Part shown: one piece after another, positions 30,714 to 42,654 of the stretch
Numbering within the stretch: the first letter of the stretch is position 1
Layout of the letters: each line of letters opens with the position of its first letter
Assembly: GCF_028368995.1 (NCBI RefSeq)
Contig: NZ_JAQNDL010000002.1
Coordinates: 928,001 to 992,000 of the forward strand
Length of the DNA: 64,000 nucleotides
Reading direction: 5' to 3'
From: Nannocystis bainbridge
GTDB lineage: Bacteria; Myxococcota_A; Polyangia; Nannocystales; Nannocystaceae
Notes under the pieces: model-generated
Databases searched by the model: none
The model's input: the letters and a program-made list of their open reading frames with translations, nothing else
Told to the model about the DNA's origin: nothing
Made by a program: the position numbers and the translations under genes

Positions 30714-32477
30714 ATGCGTTCACCCCGTGCCTGGTCTTATGTGACGTACCTCGCCTCTCTCTTCGCGCTCGGTGCGTGCCCGGTCTCGCCGGCAGCGACG
30801 GAGACCGACAGCGACTCGACGACGGCGGGCTCACAGGCTCAAACCACAGGCACCACGGAGAATTGCCCGGTCGGCGACCTCGGCTGTCCGTGCACGCAGG
30901 GGGGCGCCTGCAACGACGGTCTCGAGTGCTCGCCGAGCCAGACGTGCGTGACCCGCGGGGACGACACGACCACCGAGAACGGCCCTGACGGCACGAGCAC
31001 CACCACGGTCGAGCCCGCTACCACGACGAGCGAGACCAGCTCCACCACCGGTCCGGCGACGCCCTGCGACCCGGGCGGCGAGCAGCCCAGCGACGACTGC
31101 AAGGGCATCAGCGCCGACAAGCCCTACTGCTCCGAAGGGGGCGTGTGCGGCGACTGCTCGGTGCTGCCCGCCGACGGCTGCGCGGCCATCGATCCGAGCA
31201 AGCCGCTCTGCAACGCCGACGACGGCCAGTGCGTCGCCTGCACGATCGACGATCAGTCGCTCTGCTCGGGCGCCACGCCGGCGTGCAACCCGGCCACCAA
31301 CGCCTGCGAGGGCTGCTTCGAGCACAGCCACTGCCCCGACACCGCGTGCGACGTGCTCAAGCGCGAGTGCTTCCCGATCGACAAGGTGCTCTACATCCGC
31401 CACGGCATCGAGGCCAAGGGGGACTGCACCAACAACATGAAGCAGGGCGGCTACGAGCAGGCCCCGTTCTGCAACGCCAACGTGGCGCTGGAGCGCGCGC
31501 AGTCCGAGGGGGCGACCAGCGGCTGGACCTTCAAGTTCCTCGAGAGCGAAGAGTTCAGCTCCTACCACGGCGACATCACGATCCCCTCGGTCGACGTGAA
31601 CGAGCCGGTCAGCTACGCGTTCGTGCACGTCGGCGAGTTCGCCCAGGAGGACCTGAGCGCGCAGCGCCACACGCGGTGGCAGTCGAACGGCGCCGTGATG
31701 ACCGTCGGCGCCAACGTGGTCGCCTACGTCAACAACTTCGCCATCTACAGCGTCAGCAACCAGGACGACAACGCCGTCGGCATCGGCTGCCTGCAGAACT
31801 CGAGCGTCTTCATCGACGACAGCTACATCCGCGACACCCGCGGCTCCGGCATCCGCTCGTTCGGCTGCGACGTGTACATGCGCCGCTCGAGCATCTTCAA
31901 GAGCCGCACCGAGGGCATCGAGCTCAACTGCGCCGATCAGGCGTGCGAGCTGCACATGAGCAACAGCTACATCACCGAGAGCCAGCACGTCCAGGGCGAC
32001 GGCGGCGGCGGGATCGTGGCCGACAACGCGACCCTCGACATCAGCTTCAGCGGGATCCTCGCCAACAACGCCGAGGTCGACCCCATGGACATGACCGCCC
32101 GCGGCGACTCGATCCACTGCGTCAACGACAACGTCGACGGGGTCATCCGCAACTCGGCGATCGGCCGCAAGCAGATGGGCAACGTGCTGTCGGTCAAGTG
32201 CAGCGCCATGCTGAGCATCACGAACTCCCTGATCGACAGCGACGAGTTCAAGATCGGCAACAACAAGAAGGCCGGCGAGGATATTCTCGGGTACTTCCTG
32301 GCCAATGGGGTCACCGGGGCGCGACCCCTCAATCCTCAGCCGCCGATGGGCTTGCCCAAGGATCTCGAGTTCGCGGTGTGGAAGAAGGGCGACCCGGTGG
32401 TCGACTACGACGGCCAGCCGCGCCCGGCCAAGGTCAATCAGAAGGACTTCGTCGGCGCCGACATCATGGGCCAGTGA
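30714..32477 (+). CDS. Cys-rich beta-helix lipoprotein, paralog 2
   Basis: Lipobox ALGAC; same architecture; C-terminal WKKGDPVVDYDGQPRP...FVGAD. Confidence 0.8.
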   Translation: MRSPRAWSYVTYLASLFALGACPVSPAATETDSDSTTAGSQAQTTGTTENCPVGDLGCPCTQGGACNDGLECSPSQTCVTRGDDTTTENGPDGTSTTTVEPATTTSETSSTTGPATPCDPGGEQPSDDCKGISADKPYCSEGGVCGDCSVLPADGCAAIDPSKPLCNADDGQCVACTIDDQSLCSGATPACNPATNACEGCFEHSHCPDTACDVLKRECFPIDKVLYIRHGIEAKGDCTNNMKQGGYEQAPFCNANVALERAQSEGATSGWTFKFLESEEFSSYHGDITIPSVDVNEPVSYAFVHVGEFAQEDLSAQRHTRWQSNGAVMTVGANVVAYVNNFAIYSVSNQDDNAVGIGCLQNSSVFIDDSYIRDTRGSGIRSFGCDVYMRRSSIFKSRTEGIELNCADQACELHMSNSYITESQHVQGDGGGGIVADNATLDISFSGILANNAEVDPMDMTARGDSIHCVNDNVDGVIRNSAIGRKQMGNVLSVKCSAMLSITNSLIDSDEFKIGNNKKAGEDILGYFLANGVTGARPLNPQPPMGLPKDLEFAVWKKGDPVVDYDGQPRPAKVNQKDFVGADIMGQ

Positions 32478-32579
32478 AGCCGCGTGCGCGCTCGCGCGCG
32501 AGTGTGCACGGGCTTGCACGTGGGCGCGCGAACGGCTCAGATTGCGGCCCGCGGGGCCCTTGGGGATACTGCCGGGACC

Positions 32580-34124
32580 ATGCGCATCTCCTTGCTTTGT
32601 CGGGGCCTCGGGTTCGGCCTCGGCTTCCTCGCGGCGGCATGCACGCCGGGCGGCCCGCAGACTGAAACGTCGTCCGAGAGCGACAGCGACGCTTGCCAGC
32701 CGGGTTCGCTGAACTGTGTGTGCGAGGCCAACGGCTGTGATCCGGGCCTCGTGTGCGCGTCGGGCTTCTGCGTCGAAGACGGCAGCGGGAGCTCCGAAGC
32801 GACGCTCACCACCAGCACCTCGTCACCGACCTCGGCGACCGAGACCGACCCCGGCACGACGGACCCCACGGGCCCCACGGTGACCACCGAGACCCCGCAG
32901 TGCGACGACGGTCCGGGCGTCTCGCAGCAGTGCCCCGAGACCGCGCCGTACTGCCTCGCCGAGGGGGTCTGCGCCGACTGCTCCGGCTTGACGAGCTGCG
33001 CCGACATCGACGCCGGCGCGCCCGCGTGCGACGCCGCCTCGGGCCTGTGCGTCGAGTGTACCGAGGCCGACGCCTCGGCTTGCGGCGGTAACACGCCCGT
33101 GTGCGACGCGGCCGACAACACCTGCGCCGCGTGCACCGATCACGAGCAGTGCCCGAGCGGCGCCTGCAACATCGCCACCGGCGCCTGCTTCGAGGACGCG
33201 CTGTGGGTCGACGGTCAGGCCGACTGCGGCGGCGACGGCAGCGAGGACGCCCCGTTCTGCGAGATCCAGGACGCCATCGCCGTCATCGGCACCGGCAAGC
33301 CCACCGTCGTGCACGTCAAGCCGGGTCCTTCGTACAAGACCAAGATCGACGTCGGCAGCAACCTGGTCGTGGCCATCGTCGGCGACGGCCCCTCGCCGGC
33401 GATCGACGTCGACGTCGACGCGCTGCTCGTCAACGACGACGCCCGCGTCTACCTCAAGGACCTGCGCTTCATCGGCAGCTCGATGTCGGCCGGCAACGCG
33501 CTGGTGTGCCTCAACGCCGAGGTGTGGGCCGACAAGGTCGAGTTCTCGTCGCGCGAGTCGGTGGCGATCGACACCATCGGCTGCGCCCTGCAGATCCGTC
33601 GCTCGCGCGTGTACGCCAACCAGGGCGGCGGGATCCGGATCGACAAGGGGCAGACGCGGATCGAGAACAGCTTCATCACCTCGAACGGCGGCAACTTCGC
33701 GCAGTACGGCGGCATCCACGTCGTCACCGGCGACCTCGACGTCGTCTACTCGTCGATCATCGGCAACAACAGCGACGCCAACGCCGACTCGCTCCACTGC
33801 AACGATCCGGGCACGATCCGTCTGCGCAACGTGGTCCTGTTCGGCCAGTCGCAGCTGACCTCGGTCACCTGCGACGGCGCGACCGTCAGCGACAGCCTCG
33901 TCGACAGCAGCGTGCTCGCCGGTCGCAACGTGACGGTCGAGGGCGCTGCTCAGTCGGCGTGGTTCGAGAACGCCGCGGGCGGTGACTTCCACGCCAAGGC
34001 CGGGGCGCCGTTCGCGGAGCTCGGGCGCTGGCGCACCGGCGATCCCGCGGTCGATTACGACGGCGATCCGCGGCCCGACGTCGACATGTCGCCCGACTGG
34101 GCCGGCGCCGATCGCTTGCCGTGA
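32580..34124 (+). CDS. Cys-rich beta-helix lipoprotein, paralog 3
   Basis: Lipobox LAAAC; C-terminal WRTGDPAVDYDGDPRP...WAGAD. Confidence 0.8.
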   Translation: MRISLLCRGLGFGLGFLAAACTPGGPQTETSSESDSDACQPGSLNCVCEANGCDPGLVCASGFCVEDGSGSSEATLTTSTSSPTSATETDPGTTDPTGPTVTTETPQCDDGPGVSQQCPETAPYCLAEGVCADCSGLTSCADIDAGAPACDAASGLCVECTEADASACGGNTPVCDAADNTCAACTDHEQCPSGACNIATGACFEDALWVDGQADCGGDGSEDAPFCEIQDAIAVIGTGKPTVVHVKPGPSYKTKIDVGSNLVVAIVGDGPSPAIDVDVDALLVNDDARVYLKDLRFIGSSMSAGNALVCLNAEVWADKVEFSSRESVAIDTIGCALQIRRSRVYANQGGGIRIDKGQTRIENSFITSNGGNFAQYGGIHVVTGDLDVVYSSIIGNNSDANADSLHCNDPGTIRLRNVVLFGQSQLTSVTCDGATVSDSLVDSSVLAGRNVTVEGAAQSAWFENAAGGDFHAKAGAPFAELGRWRTGDPAVDYDGDPRPDVDMSPDWAGADRLP

Positions 34125-34302
34125 TCGTCGCTAGCGACGTTGCACGGGCGTCATCGACGTCGTGGCGCGTCGCTGCGGCCGTCGTTCGCCGCTTCGGACG
34201 CCGTTGCGCGCGTTCGTCGGGCGCGGGGGCGCGCGCGCATTTTCAAGGCGTGTCCCGAGGGACAGGTTGCGACCGGGCCGGCGAACGGGAATACTCGAGC
34301 GA

Positions 34303-35865
34303 ATGATGCGGCTCGCGTCAGCGCATTTGGCTTTGTGGCTCGGATTCGGCGGCCTGCTCGGGGTCGCCTGCACGGGCTCCTCCGGGACGACCACCGAGAG
34401 CTCCAGCTCGTCCACCGGCAACACCGAGTGCCTGGTCGGCAGCGTCGGCTGTGCGTGCACGCCGGGCGGCACCTGCGACGGCAACCTCGTGTGCGCCTCC
34501 AAGTATTGCGTCCCGCTCGAGGACACCACCGGCGTCACGTCGACGGACACGAGTCTGCCGACCACCGGGACCGACACGGCCGGCGAGTGCGAGCCGGGCG
34601 AAGGCCAGCCGAACCCGGCGTGCAGCAGCCCCGCCGAGCCGTACTGCAGCGGCAACGGCGAGTGCGTCGATTGCAGCGGCCTCGCGAGCTGCGCGGTCGT
34701 CGATCCGGCCACGCCCGCGTGCGACCCGGCGACCGGCCTGTGCGTCGCGTGCACCGAGAGCGACGCCTCCGGCTGCACCGGCACCACGCCGATCTGCGAC
34801 TCGGCGCTGCAGACCTGCCAGGCGTGCACGCAGCACGAGCAGTGCACGGGCGGCGCCTGTGACCTCGAGACCGGCGCGTGCTTCCTCGCCGAGGACGCGC
34901 TGTGGGTCGCCGGCGCCGGCGCCTGCGACGACGCCGCGAGCGGCAGCGAGGCCGAGCCGCTGTGCACGATCGCCGAGGCGCTCGCGCGGGTCGAGCCGGC
35001 CACCCCGCGGGCGATCCGGGTCCGCGCCGCCGTCTACGACGAGCCGCTCGCCGTGCCCGCGGCCAGCAGCGTCGCCATCGTCCGCGCCGGCGCCGGCGAC
35101 GTCGAGATCACCGGCAGCGGCGAGGCGGCGCTCGCCATCGCCAGCGGCGCGCGCGTCTACCTCGACGGCCTCGAGATCCGCGGCAACGCGACCGGCAGCG
35201 GGGTCGTCTGCGGCGGCGGCGACCTGCTGTGGATCGAGCGCTCGCTGATCCGCGAGCACCACGTCAGCGGGGTATCGGCCAGCGGCTGCGAGGTGCGGGT
35301 GCGCGCGACCACGCTGACGAAGAACCTCGGCGAGGGCCTGTTCGTGTCGGGCGGCTCGGTCCGGATCGAGAACTCCTTCATCACCGAGAACGGCGACAAG
35401 GCCATCGCCGACAACCCGCGCGGCGGGCTCGCGCTGGCGGGCGGCGCCGCGGCCACGCTGGTCTACGTCACGCTGGTCGGCAACAACGCGTACACCGGCG
35501 GCGGTCTGTCGGTCGAGTGCGAGCCCGACATGGGCGAGGAGTCGATCAGCCTGCGCAACTCGATCGCCTTCAACGCCGTCGGCTACAGCACCTTCAATTG
35601 CGAGGGTGCCGAGGTCGTGTCGCACTCGGCGTACTCGGCCGCGACCGACGAGCCCAACGACGACAACGTCGGCGTGGCGACGGCCGAGGTGCCGATGCTC
35701 GTGACCCTGGACGTGGCGATCCCGGGCGTGTACCGGCCGAGCCCCGGCGGCAAGCTCGACGCCGTGGCGATGTTCGCCGAGGGAGACCCCGACATCGACT
35801 TCGAGGGCGACCCGCGACCGACCGACGCATTGAGCTTCCCTGGCGCGGATCAGCCCCCGCCGTGA
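34303..35865 (+). CDS. Cys-rich beta-helix lipoprotein, paralog 4
   Basis: Lipobox LGVAC; C-terminal FAEGDPDIDFEGDPRP...FPGAD. Confidence 0.8.
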   Translation: MMRLASAHLALWLGFGGLLGVACTGSSGTTTESSSSSTGNTECLVGSVGCACTPGGTCDGNLVCASKYCVPLEDTTGVTSTDTSLPTTGTDTAGECEPGEGQPNPACSSPAEPYCSGNGECVDCSGLASCAVVDPATPACDPATGLCVACTESDASGCTGTTPICDSALQTCQACTQHEQCTGGACDLETGACFLAEDALWVAGAGACDDAASGSEAEPLCTIAEALARVEPATPRAIRVRAAVYDEPLAVPAASSVAIVRAGAGDVEITGSGEAALAIASGARVYLDGLEIRGNATGSGVVCGGGDLLWIERSLIREHHVSGVSASGCEVRVRATTLTKNLGEGLFVSGGSVRIENSFITENGDKAIADNPRGGLALAGGAAATLVYVTLVGNNAYTGGGLSVECEPDMGEESISLRNSIAFNAVGYSTFNCEGAEVVSHSAYSAATDEPNDDNVGVATAEVPMLVTLDVAIPGVYRPSPGGKLDAVAMFAEGDPDIDFEGDPRPTDALSFPGADQPPP

Positions 35866-36010
35866 GCGCGAATTGTTGCCTCCGCGGCCAAAAAATCCCC
35901 GCGGTCACCGAGCCGGTGGCGAGTTTTCCGGTTCGGACATGGCTTTGTGGACAACTCGCGTGGCCCGGTGCATCCTGGCCACGATCCCCTTTGTGCACTA
36001 GGAGTTACCG

Positions 36011-37513
36011 ATGACCCGAACGTACTGGACCGTCGCAATCTTGGCCTGCGCGCCGCTGGTCGCCGGCTGTCCGCCGACCTACACCCCCGGGGAGACCGAG
36101 AGCGGGACCGAGACCGAGGGCGAGACGAACGAAACGTCGACCTCGACCGACACGACGCTGACGACTTCGACGTCGACCCAGCCCACGTCGACGACCGAGG
36201 CCGAGACCTCGACGACCACCACGAGCACGTCGACCTCGGAGCCGACCACCGGCACCATGGGCTGCGCCGGTGACGGCGACTGCGGCGACGCGAGCAAGCC
36301 GTTCTGCGTCGACGAGGCCTGCGTCGGCTGCGACGGCACGGCCGAGCCGGACGCCACCTGCGCCGAGGTCGACGCGGCCACGCCGGTCTGCGACATGGAC
36401 GCGGGCGCCTGCGTCGTGTGCACGCCGGACAACAAGGCCCTGTGCTCGGGCACGACCCCGGTGTGCGACGCCGCCACCAACGAGTGCGCCGGCTGCATCG
36501 AGCACGCTGACTGCCCGGACAGCGCCTGCAACGCCGAGTCGGGCGCCTGCTTCGCGCTCGAGAACGTCATCCACGTCGACAGCGCCGCCCAGTGCGACAT
36601 CGGCGACGGCACCAAGGCGCAGCCGTTCTGCCAGATCACGCAGGCGCTCGACCAGGTGGGGATGAACGACCCGTCGCTCGGCTGGACCATCAAGGTCAAG
36701 ACCGGCAACTACATCCAGCCCGCGCTGGTCGTGCCCGAGGCGAGCAACCTGGCGATCGTCGGCGACGGCGGCGTCGCCAAGATCCGCTCGACCACCGCGG
36801 CGACGCTGCAGATCAGCCCGTCGTCGAAGGTCACGCTCGGCAAGCTCAACCTCGCCAGCAACGCCGACGACTCCGGCATGACCTGCACGGGCTCGCAGGT
36901 CCTCGGCAGCGACCTGACCTTCAGCCTCAACCGCCAGGGCTACGTCGGAACCGACTGCACCGCGCACTTCAACCGCAGCGTGTTCTACAAGAACACCTCG
37001 GGCGGCCTGTCGGCGTTCGGCGCCGGCGCGACCGCGCTGGTCAACAGCTACGTGTCCAACAACGGCTCCAACGCCGAGTCCAACTACGGCGGCGTGCTGA
37101 CCGGCCAGGGCCACGAGCTCAGCCTGATCTACTCGACGGTGGTCAACAACCTGTCCGAGGTCGGCGCGCGCTCGCTGCTGTGCATGCCCGACGCCGGCCC
37201 GGCGACGATCCGCAACTCGGTCATCATCGCCTTCGTCGCCCCGTCGATCGACTGCGCGACCGCGACGTTCGAGAACTCCGCCATCGACGAGGGCAAGCAG
37301 GACGGCGACACCAACCTGCTCGCCGTCATGGCCGACGCGATGACGTGGTTCGAGCCGCAGGTCGGCGGCGTGTACAAGGCCAAGGCCGATACGCCGATCG
37401 CCGAGCTCGCGGTGTGGAAGGACGGCGACCCCGCGACCGACTTCAACGGCGACGCGCGGCCGGCGACCAACGAGAGCACCGACTACGCCGGCGCCGACCG
37501 CCCGGCTCCCTGA
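36011..37513 (+). CDS. Cys-rich beta-helix lipoprotein, paralog 5
   Basis: RBS AGGAG, lipobox LVAGC; C-terminal WKDGDPATDFNGDARP...YAGAD. Confidence 0.8.
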   Translation: MTRTYWTVAILACAPLVAGCPPTYTPGETESGTETEGETNETSTSTDTTLTTSTSTQPTSTTEAETSTTTTSTSTSEPTTGTMGCAGDGDCGDASKPFCVDEACVGCDGTAEPDATCAEVDAATPVCDMDAGACVVCTPDNKALCSGTTPVCDAATNECAGCIEHADCPDSACNAESGACFALENVIHVDSAAQCDIGDGTKAQPFCQITQALDQVGMNDPSLGWTIKVKTGNYIQPALVVPEASNLAIVGDGGVAKIRSTTAATLQISPSSKVTLGKLNLASNADDSGMTCTGSQVLGSDLTFSLNRQGYVGTDCTAHFNRSVFYKNTSGGLSAFGAGATALVNSYVSNNGSNAESNYGGVLTGQGHELSLIYSTVVNNLSEVGARSLLCMPDAGPATIRNSVIIAFVAPSIDCATATFENSAIDEGKQDGDTNLLAVMADAMTWFEPQVGGVYKAKADTPIAELAVWKDGDPATDFNGDARPATNESTDYAGADRPAP

Positions 37514-37515
37514 GC

Positions 37516-37556
37516 GGGCCTCGAGGACATGTCCTGCGGGACATGTCCTGAAAGCA
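37516..37556. repeat. Array of about three 14-bp units right after the paralog-5 stop codon
   Basis: GGGCC-TCGA-GGACA|TGTCC-TGCG-GGACA|TGTCC-TGAA-AGCA. Confidence 0.85.
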
Positions 37557-37557
37557 T

Positions 37558-37590
37558 GAGAGGAGGCCGCGAGGCCTCCTCTCTTTGTTT
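37558..37590 (+). terminator. Intrinsic (Rho-independent) terminator
   Basis: Perfect 11-bp stem GAGAGGAGGCC/GGCCTCCTCTC, GCGA tetraloop, followed by TTTGTTT. Confidence 0.85.
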
Positions 37591-37972
37591 GGGTCGCGGC
37601 ACCGTCAAATTGACGATCGACGTCTGGCGCGCTCTCCGGCCGGCAAGCGGGCAGGCGCCCAGGGCGAGCTGCTGCGATGGCGTGGGAAGATCGCCGTGGT
37701 GCCCGGCGAAGCGGCCGCGGGCGAGGTGGTGGAGCGTCGAGCAGGGCAGGGGCCAGGACATGCCGATTGTGAGCGGGGCTCTCGCGCCGTCTCCCGATGA
37801 CGCTCGCCACCATCGAGAAGACCAGGCTCTCGCATCCGGGCGTGACGCGGCGGAGCGGCCGCCTCGCTGCCGGGCCTCGAGCTTGCGCCACGTCTGGCGA
37901 TATGCGCGCACGAGATTGGGACGCGCCCGCTGGCGCTGGCGTCGGCGGGCGAGCGTGCTAGCGTCGGCAGAG

Positions 37973-38155
37973 ATGAAGATCCGCTGCCCGATCTGTCACA
38001 AAGAGCAGGAGGTACCCGCCGACTTCGCGTATCGGCCGTTCTGCTCGCAGCGCTGCAAGACGATCGACCTCGGCAACTGGCTCGGCGAGGCGTACCGGAT
38101 CTCCCGGCCGATCGCCGCCGACGACGAAGAGCCGGGCGTCCGCGGCGAAAACTGA
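37973..38155 (+). CDS. yacG: DNA gyrase inhibitor YacG
   Basis: CPIC...RPFCSQRCKTIDLGNWLGE.YRI; 60 aa. Confidence 0.9.
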   Translation: MKIRCPICHKEQEVPADFAYRPFCSQRCKTIDLGNWLGEAYRISRPIAADDEEPGVRGEN

Positions 38156-38423
38156 GAGCCGTCGAAGCGCCGTGTGGGGCGCCGCGCGGGCGCCCTGACG
38201 GACATGTCCCTGCGGACATGCGCATGGCGCCGGTGCCCGGCGCCATGTCCGAGAGCCTTCGAAGCGCCGTGCGGGCGCCCTGACGGACATGTCCCTGCGG
38301 ACATGCGCATGGCGCCAGCGCCATGTCCGAGAGCCTTCGAAGCGCCGCGCGGGCGCCCTGATGGACATGTCCCTCCAGACATGCACATGGCGCCATGTCC
38401 CGAGTGACATGCCCGAACGGGCA
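38154..38423. repeat. Three-copy composite tandem repeat (about 72-97 bp) built around 14-bp units and CATGGCGCC...GGCGCCATG hairpins
   Basis: Copies start GAGAGCC at 38154, 38251 and 38329; each contains GGACATGTCC-N4-RGACATG. Confidence 0.9.
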
Positions 38424-38427
38424 GGTC

Positions 38428-40230
<1,803 letters not shown>

Positions 40231-40370
40231 GCCCGCGGGTTCTACCACGGGCCCCCCCGGCGCGCCGACCCGCGCGTGGGCGCGGCGTAGCTCACAAGCC
40301 CCGGCCCCCCGCCGTCCGTCCCCGGCCCGCCGCTGGTGAATCTCGCGCCGAACGGCTACGTTCCGGGGCC

Positions 40371-42230
40371 ATGGGAAAGCCCACTGCCGCGCCCGGGGAG
40401 CCTCATGGCTGGGGGATCCGCCTGTCGTTCCGCGGTCGCACGGTGGCCCAGATCGCGGCCGACGACGCCGCCCCGGTCGCCCTCGGCGAGGGCAAGGACT
40501 GCGATCTCGTACTCCCCGGTCTCGGCGAGCGCACGCCGCTGACCGACGGCGCGACCCTGATCGTCCCCGCCGGCCTCGTCGGTGAGATCCACGTCGGCGA
40601 GCGCACGCAGGCAGCGGAGGGCAGGGTGATCCTGGCGCCCGGCGACCGGGCCTCGCTGCGGATGGCGGCCCACCCGGACATCACGCTCGAGATCCAGCGG
40701 GTCACGCGCGAGCGCCTGCCGTGGTCGGCCCGCTTCCACGCCCGCGACCTGGCCCGTCAGCTCGTCACCGGGGCGGCGCTGGTCGCCATGGTGGCGCTGC
40801 TGTGGCGGGTCGAGGCGGCCGAGAACGTGCTCAAGCTGCGCGGGGAGCCGACGGCGGTCGACGACTCGCCGCTGCTGCGAGTGATGTTCGCGCCGACGCC
40901 CGAACCACTCGAGGTGGTCCGGACCCGCGAGCTGTTCCTCGCGCACCTGCCGCCGCCACCGCCGCCGGCCGCCGAGGAGCCTGGCCCGGACCTGGAGACG
41001 AGCGATCCTTCGGCGATCGCGCTGGCGCTGGGGGGCGTGGTCGAAGCCGCGGCGGTCGTGCCCGAGGAGGCGCCGGTCGAGGCGCCGCGCCCGGGCAAGA
41101 AGAAGCGCCGCAGCAAGCGCGCGCCGGATGTGGTCGAGTTCGGGGTCCTCAGCGCCTACGGCACCTTCAAGGAGGAGAGCGACGTCGCGTACCTCAGTAT
41201 GCTCGAGACGGGCAGTGATGACAGCGACGCCGTCGCGGTCCTCCGCGGCGGAGTGATCGGCGAGGGCGTCGGCGGGGGCGGCCTCGGCTACGAGGGCGGG
41301 GTGGTCGAAGGCGTCGCCGGCGGGGTGCTCGGCGGTGTCGTGCTCGACAGTGTGGCTGAAGGGACAGGTCTCGAAGAACCTGCCCCTTTGAACATGGTCG
41401 TCGGGACAGTCCATGAGATCGGTCCGAACTCGCACGCGGCGGCGGGGGCCACCGCGCCGCGCGGCGAGCTCGACGGCCTGGCGGCGGCGGTCGTCGCGAC
41501 CTCGTGCCCTGATCCCGCGATCGTGCGCAAGCAGCAGATCGACGTGGTGTTCGCGGTCGATGTGTCGACGACGATGAACTTCATGCTCGCCAAGATCGGC
41601 CGCGAGATCGCCGCGGTCGACGCGGAGGTGCGGCTCCACAACCTCGACGCGCGCTACGGCCTGGTCGTGTTCGTCGACGACGTGATGGTCACGAACGGCG
41701 GCCAGCCGTTCGCCGACCTGGCGGGGCTGCAGCAGGAGCTGACGCGGTGGCAGCGGTTCACCGCCGGCAACCGCGAGATCGGCAGCGCCGACGCCAACCT
41801 CGACTGGCCGGAGAACACGCTCGACGCGCTGCACGCGGCCGCGACCCGGTTCGCCTGGCGCGACCCGGCGACGACGCTGCGCGCGGTGGTCCACGCCACC
41901 GACGACGACTTCGGCGAGGCGCCCGCGGTGCAGAGCGGCCAGCGCGTGCAGCACGGCTACGGCGAGACGGTCACGGCCCTGCGCGCGGCCGAGGTGCGGG
42001 TGTTCAGCTTCGCGGCCAAGGTCGGCGGCCAGTGCGAGTGCCTCGACGTGCGCGCCGGGCTGTTCGCGCCCTACCGCGGGCAGCAGGCGATCCCGGCGGC
42101 GACCGGCGGGGCGGTGTTCGACATCGACGAGGTCGCGTCGGGCGCGCTGAACTTCGGCGCCGCGGTGTCGGGGGCGCTGAACTCGGCGGTCTGCACGCAC
42201 TATCCGCTCTCGCCATTCGCCGGCAAATAG
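40371..42230 (+). CDS. Membrane-anchored vWA-domain protein with N-terminal beta-rich cytoplasmic domain
   Basis: TM helix LVTGAALVAMVALLW, Pro/Gly-rich linker, IDVVFAVDVSTTM (MIDAS-like DxSxT), ENTLDAL, ATDDD. Confidence 0.78.
   Translation: MGKPTAAPGEPHGWGIRLSFRGRTVAQIAADDAAPVALGEGKDCDLVLPGLGERTPLTDGATLIVPAGLVGEIHVGERTQAAEGRVILAPGDRASLRMAAHPDITLEIQRVTRERLPWSARFHARDLARQLVTGAALVAMVALLWRVEAAENVLKLRGEPTAVDDSPLLRVMFAPTPEPLEVVRTRELFLAHLPPPPPPAAEEPGPDLETSDPSAIALALGGVVEAAAVVPEEAPVEAPRPGKKKRRSKRAPDVVEFGVLSAYGTFKEESDVAYLSMLETGSDDSDAVAVLRGGVIGEGVGGGGLGYEGGVVEGVAGGVLGGVVLDSVAEGTGLEEPAPLNMVVGTVHEIGPNSHAAAGATAPRGELDGLAAAVVATSCPDPAIVRKQQIDVVFAVDVSTTMNFMLAKIGREIAAVDAEVRLHNLDARYGLVVFVDDVMVTNGGQPFADLAGLQQELTRWQRFTAGNREIGSADANLDWPENTLDALHAAATRFAWRDPATTLRAVVHATDDDFGEAPAVQSGQRVQHGYGETVTALRAAEVRVFSFAAKVGGQCECLDVRAGLFAPYRGQQAIPAATGGAVFDIDEVASGALNFGAAVSGALNSAVCTHYPLSPFAGK
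41353..41408. repeat. Four phased 14-bp units inside the vWA gene linker
   Basis: TGGCT-GAAG-GGACA|GGTCT-CGAA-GAACC|TGCCC-CTTT-GAACA|TGGTC-GTCG-GGACA; locally A/T-rich codons. Confidence 0.75.
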
Positions 42231-42288
42231 CCTCGGAGGCCGCGAGGGCCTTCTCAAGCGCGGGCGTCCGGCGCTAAGGTGACGGCCG

Positions 42289-42549
42289 GTGGCGGGCGAC
42301 GTGCAAAAGCAGCTCGGCGAGCTCGAGCAGCTGGCGGGCAACCTCGGGGTCCGGGTCTGTTATGAGTCGATGACCGGCCTGTCGCAGGGTGGCGGCGGCC
42401 TGTGCAAGGTCCGCGGCGAGTGGCGGGTGATCATGGACAAGCGGCTCAAGCCGGCCGAGCGCCTGGAGGTGCTCGCCAACGGGCTGAAGAGCTTCGACAC
42501 CGAGGCGCACTTCTTGTCGCCGCAGGTGCGGGCGCTGCTCGAGGCGTAG
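42289..42549 (+). CDS. Small hypothetical protein
   Basis: Good GC3 codon bias; LGVRVCYE...GGGLCKVRG...IMDKRL; TAAGGT 8 nt upstream of the GTG. Confidence 0.75.
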   Translation: MAGDVQKQLGELEQLAGNLGVRVCYESMTGLSQGGGGLCKVRGEWRVIMDKRLKPAERLEVLANGLKSFDTEAHFLSPQVRALLEA

Positions 42550-42654
42550 GCGAATCGGCCCGCGCGACGCGTGGACGACGCTCCCGAGCCGCATGCTCGA
42601 GCCGTCGTGCAAGCGATGCCTCGCCAGCCGACGCGGCACCGGGGGACACTCAAA

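Noticed and set aside
37591-37970. Short ORFs or an N-terminal extension of yacG (37529 start)
   Set aside because: No recognisable motifs, weak codon bias, and the extension would cross a terminator; yacG has its own -10-like box before ATG 37973
38154-38423. Three-copy repeat as a CRISPR array or IS/MITE
   Set aside because: No unique spacers, no terminal inverted repeats with target duplication, and no transposase nearby
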